Sequence record: CP080654.1
Strand: one strand, 5' to 3'
DNA: 64,000 nucleotides
Source of the DNA: a plasmid
Shown: piece by piece, positions 61,315-64,000 of the stretch
How the letters are laid out: the number at the start of each line of letters is the position of its first letter
Numbering within the stretch: the first letter of the stretch is position 1
Notes under the pieces: model-generated
What the model saw: the letters and a program-made list of their open reading frames with translations, nothing else
Database searches by the model: none
Told to the model about the DNA's origin: nothing
Position numbers and translations under genes: made by a program

Positions 61315-61370
61315 GGGGTTCTCCTTCAGGTTAAGGGTTGGCAGTACCAAACCGCCACCCGATTAGGTCA

Positions 61371-61724
61371 TCAGTAATCAGCTGCCAGCTCGCTCATAAG
61401 GTCGGCACATTCATCATGAGCACGTTCTTCTTCCGCCAGCGTCAGCATGTAACCCCGTTGAGCCGCCGCGCCAATGAATACCGGACGATCTTTCAGCGGC
61501 AGCTTTTCCAGGTAAATCATAGCCATACTCAACAGACGGGACGCATAAATCTCGTAGTACAAACCACACCCACGACTTGCCTGTTTTTCCATACGAGCCA
61601 GCACCACATCAGCGCGGATCACATCGAAAGGGTTACGGGAATGAATGTTGCGCACAAAACAGTCAGTCCGGAGGGTTGTGCTTTCTTTGGTGGAGGGTTT
61701 TACGTTGACGTTTTGTATGCTCAT
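61371..61724 (-). CDS. Hypothetical leading-region protein (about 117 aa from MSIQNVNVKP..), directly downstream of repeat copy 2
   Basis: ORF only. Confidence 0.4.
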   Translation of the reverse strand: MSIQNVNVKPSTKESTTLRTDCFVRNIHSRNPFDVIRADVVLARMEKQASRGCGLYYEIYASRLLSMAMIYLEKLPLKDRPVFIGAAAQRGYMLTLAEEERAHDECADLMSELAADY

Positions 61725-61754
61725 CCTACTTTCTCCTCTGTCTGTTTTTCTGTC

Positions 61755-62340
61755 TTTTAAAACCATCACCCGTTGAGTTGCCGGGGCCGCGGTTTTGACT
61801 TTGTGCGGGGACCTGCTGAACCTGCCCCCTGGATATAACCTTCACCCGTTTGAGAGCCGTTCGCCGCAAGGGCGTAAACGAGCACGGCCCGGTGCAGATG
61901 TCCGGGGGTGAGCGGGAAATTTTTTTCGGCCTAATGAAGCGGCAGCGGAATGGCCGGGGAAAATTTATTGCGAAAGGCCCTGCCGTCCCCTGGACAGCAA
62001 GACGGGTTGTGCTTGTCTCAGCCCCGGCGAATGGACTCAAACGGGTGATACGGGTACCAGGGGAAAGGAGCAGGCACCCGCCGCAACGACGGAACGCGCG
62101 GGCGCGAAACGGCGTTGCCCCGCAGAGTGCCGGCAGCTTTATCGCCGGCACGGTGAAAGCGGCGCGACCGGGACGGTCGCAGCAAGCGCTGCCGTTGACC
62201 TTTCAGACATCAGACACTAGCCGTCAGGCCCGAAACCGCTTTGCGGGTTCGGCGGAGCTTACCGCGTCTTTTCGCGGTTAGCGGAGTGTGGCTCGACGAC
62301 TGGCCAGCTTTGCTGGTCAGGAGCCGAAGGGGTCCAGTGT
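61755..62340. repeat. Copy 2 of the 586-bp Frpo/ssi-like direct repeat
   Basis: Near-identical to 59049-59636 with a few substitutions/indels. Confidence 0.7.
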
Positions 62341-62353
62341 TGTTATGCCTTTC

Positions 62354-62704
62354 TTAACGTTCCAGGCGTTCGACGGTGGCCAGCAATTGCGGATAGGTCG
62401 CTGAGTAACACTTTTCGTACAGTGATTTAGCTGCGGGTATCCCTTCCAGATAATCATCCGAGTCCCGAATTTCCTGAGCCAGATATTCAATAAAGGCGGG
62501 TTCCACAACGGAGCCACTCAGCACATTAAGCAGAACCTGTGTTTCGTCGTCATCGAGAGGAAGGGCACAGGCCCGAACCAGATGCGCATAGCGATCAAAG
62601 ATATTATTCAGCCTTTCAGTCACCCCTTCCCTGTGGGAGTTCAGATGTGCTCGCAGCTTAGGCGAAGGCGTGAAAGAGGGGTTGCGGGAGATCTCTTTTT
62701 TCAC
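62354..62704 (-). CDS. Hypothetical 116-aa leading-region protein
   Basis: ORF, 4-bp overlap with the next gene. Confidence 0.4.
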   Translation of the reverse strand: MKKEISRNPSFTPSPKLRAHLNSHREGVTERLNNIFDRYAHLVRACALPLDDDETQVLLNVLSGSVVEPAFIEYLAQEIRDSDDYLEGIPAAKSLYEKCYSATYPQLLATVERLER

Positions 62705-62994
62705 TGGTTATCCTCAGAATACTGGCCCGACATCATTAAGAATTTGCGCCGCTCCCTCACGAACTGTCGATACCATTTACGGGCAACACTGGCCAGATCG
62801 TCCTCAGAAGCGTCACAGTACAGCGTACTGCCCATAAACCCTCCCCCACGGCAAATCTGAGCACCTGTGTTACCAGAGTGTCCCGGGGACTCCAGGTGGA
62901 CATAACCGCCACTCTCGGGTGCGTAAAAACTGAAAATTTCGCCGGTTTTACGGGATTTTATCGTGAAGTTCATGCTGGCTCTCCTTTGGCTCAC
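62701..62994 (-). CDS. Hypothetical 97-aa leading-region protein
   Basis: ORF only. Confidence 0.35.
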   Translation of the reverse strand: MSQRRASMNFTIKSRKTGEIFSFYAPESGGYVHLESPGHSGNTGAQICRGGGFMGSTLYCDASEDDLASVARKWYRQFVRERRKFLMMSGQYSEDNQ

Positions 62995-63020
62995 CCGCGA
63001 CTGCGCTTCGCCTCACTGAG

Positions 63021-63380
63021 TTAAGTGGAAAAATTGCTGTTCATTACACAATCAACTGTATGACAGATGTCATACATAATCAACAAAAAAAAGCCGGCTA
63101 ACAATTGCGTTGATTCAGTCACTCCGGCAACATCAATAATTAACATCCACATAGCTATGGCAAATAACTGGCATGCAATTATCCTTGCGTTCATCATAGA
63201 ACCACCTAATAAAGACACTGTTGCGGCCATAGTTATAATCCACATTCCAGCAAAAGCAGCAAAAATAGCTGAAATGCTGAACCCCAAAAATGTAAACACT
63301 ATCGATTCACGCACGGTAAGCCCGTAAAATCCATAAAGCACTAAAATCACACAAATAAATACCACCATAAACTTCATCAT
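63021..63380 (-). CDS. Hypothetical polytopic membrane protein (119 aa)
   Basis: ORF, 4 TM helices. Confidence 0.35.
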   Translation of the reverse strand: MMKFMVVFICVILVLYGFYGLTVRESIVFTFLGFSISAIFAAFAGMWIITMAATVSLLGGSMMNARIIACQLFAIAMWMLIIDVAGVTESTQLLAGFFLLIMYDICHTVDCVMNSNFST

Positions 63381-63490
63381 AATCCCTCGCTTTCCTTTAA
63401 AATCTGCACACCCAACTTATTTCAATCTAAATTCATTAATCCATTGCCGTTTGATACATAACCCTTAAATCTCGCTGAGTTTAATATCAT

Positions 63491-63817
63491 TTAACGGACT
63501 GTTTTACCGCTAAAATAATCAGGCCGAGCCTCCAGTTCTCTTTCGATGAGTTCATCAGCAAACAGTGGGGCGGTACGATATACTCTTTTCGCCAGATTGC
63601 GTCGGCGAGCTGCAGCTTTTTGTTCTTCACTCCAGCGACGGATCGGCTTGTCCCCACAAAAATCCAGGCACACAGCATACCCTGCCCCTGCCACCCACAA
63701 ATCCATAACTGATGCTGGCGCTGGTTGTCCTTCCTCAACTTGTTCCGAAGCGAGCACCTCCACTCCTGGACACGGAGAAGGTAACTTCCAGCGCAGCGAA
63801 TAGCGCCATGTCATCAA
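63491..63817 (-). CDS. Hypothetical 108-aa protein
   Basis: ORF only. Confidence 0.3.
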   Translation of the reverse strand: MMTWRYSLRWKLPSPCPGVEVLASEQVEEGQPAPASVMDLWVAGAGYAVCLDFCGDKPIRRWSEEQKAAARRRNLAKRVYRTAPLFADELIERELEARPDYFSGKTVR

Positions 63818-64000
63818 TTATCCTCTGCAGATAAGTTTGTTTGGTACCAGCCAGCGCTCCCTCTCAAGGATGGCCTCTTCCGATTCCTGAACGATGAAAC
63901 GGATTTCATGCATAACCTCATACAAGGGGGCATGAGCACAAAGGAGCCAGCGAAGATCCCTGAGAGATGTAAATCGCGTCTGCCAACGCCAGAAGGCCGG

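Overview
This window is a mosaic segment of an IncFII-type (F-like) conjugative plasmid of Enterobacteriaceae. Four parts can be read from the sequence.

(1) IS graveyard and KPC transposon (about 1-13.3 kb). A 195-bp MITE lies next to an ISAs1-family IS. That IS is split by a nested, complete Tn4401 (9,907 bp between 5-bp TCAAT duplications, which is the Tn4401a length). Tn4401 here comprises: IRR, an IS1182-family element (ISKpn6-like), blaKPC (293 aa, His at position 272 as in KPC-2), an IS21-family element (ISKpn7-like, istA/istB), the Tn3-family tnpA (1009 aa), a 571-aa tyrosine-type recombinase, and IRL. This block is strikingly GC-rich compared with the rest of the window.

(2) RepFII replicon and flanking accessory genes (about 13.3-22.7 kb). 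The replicon elements are copB, the copA antisense region, the tap leader peptide, repA1, and a DnaA box about 175 bp downstream. Next to it are a ProQ/FinO-family paralog followed by an unknown 203-aa gene, a 207-bp IS101-like Tn3-derived miniature element flanked by a TAATC duplication, an unknown 330-aa protein, a PLD-family Nuc-like nuclease, and a DUF2726/NYN/membrane gene cluster. An intact finO lies at the edge of the tra operon.

(3) A complete F-like tra operon on the minus strand (about 22.7-56.9 kb): traX, traI, traD, traT, traS, traG, traH, trbF-like, trbB, traQ, traF, trbE, traN, trbC, traU, traW, trbI, traC, traV, traB, traK, traE, traL, traA, traY, traJ, traM. It lacks traP/trbD/trbG/traR/trbA/artA/trbJ. 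AT-rich unknown ORFs are inserted at several junctions; the largest insert is six small membrane-protein genes between traV and traC.

(4) oriT and the start of the leading region (about 56.9-64 kb). An F-type nic sequence is present. The region has a lytic transglycosylase (gene X/orf169-like), a DUF932 protein, an HsdM-like methyltransferase homolog that lacks the catalytic motif IV, and several small unknown proteins, all on the strand expected for early expression from the transferred single strand. Two 586-bp direct repeats resembling Frpo/ssi single-strand promoter elements each sit immediately upstream of a leading-region gene.

No CRISPR array, tRNA or rRNA was seen.
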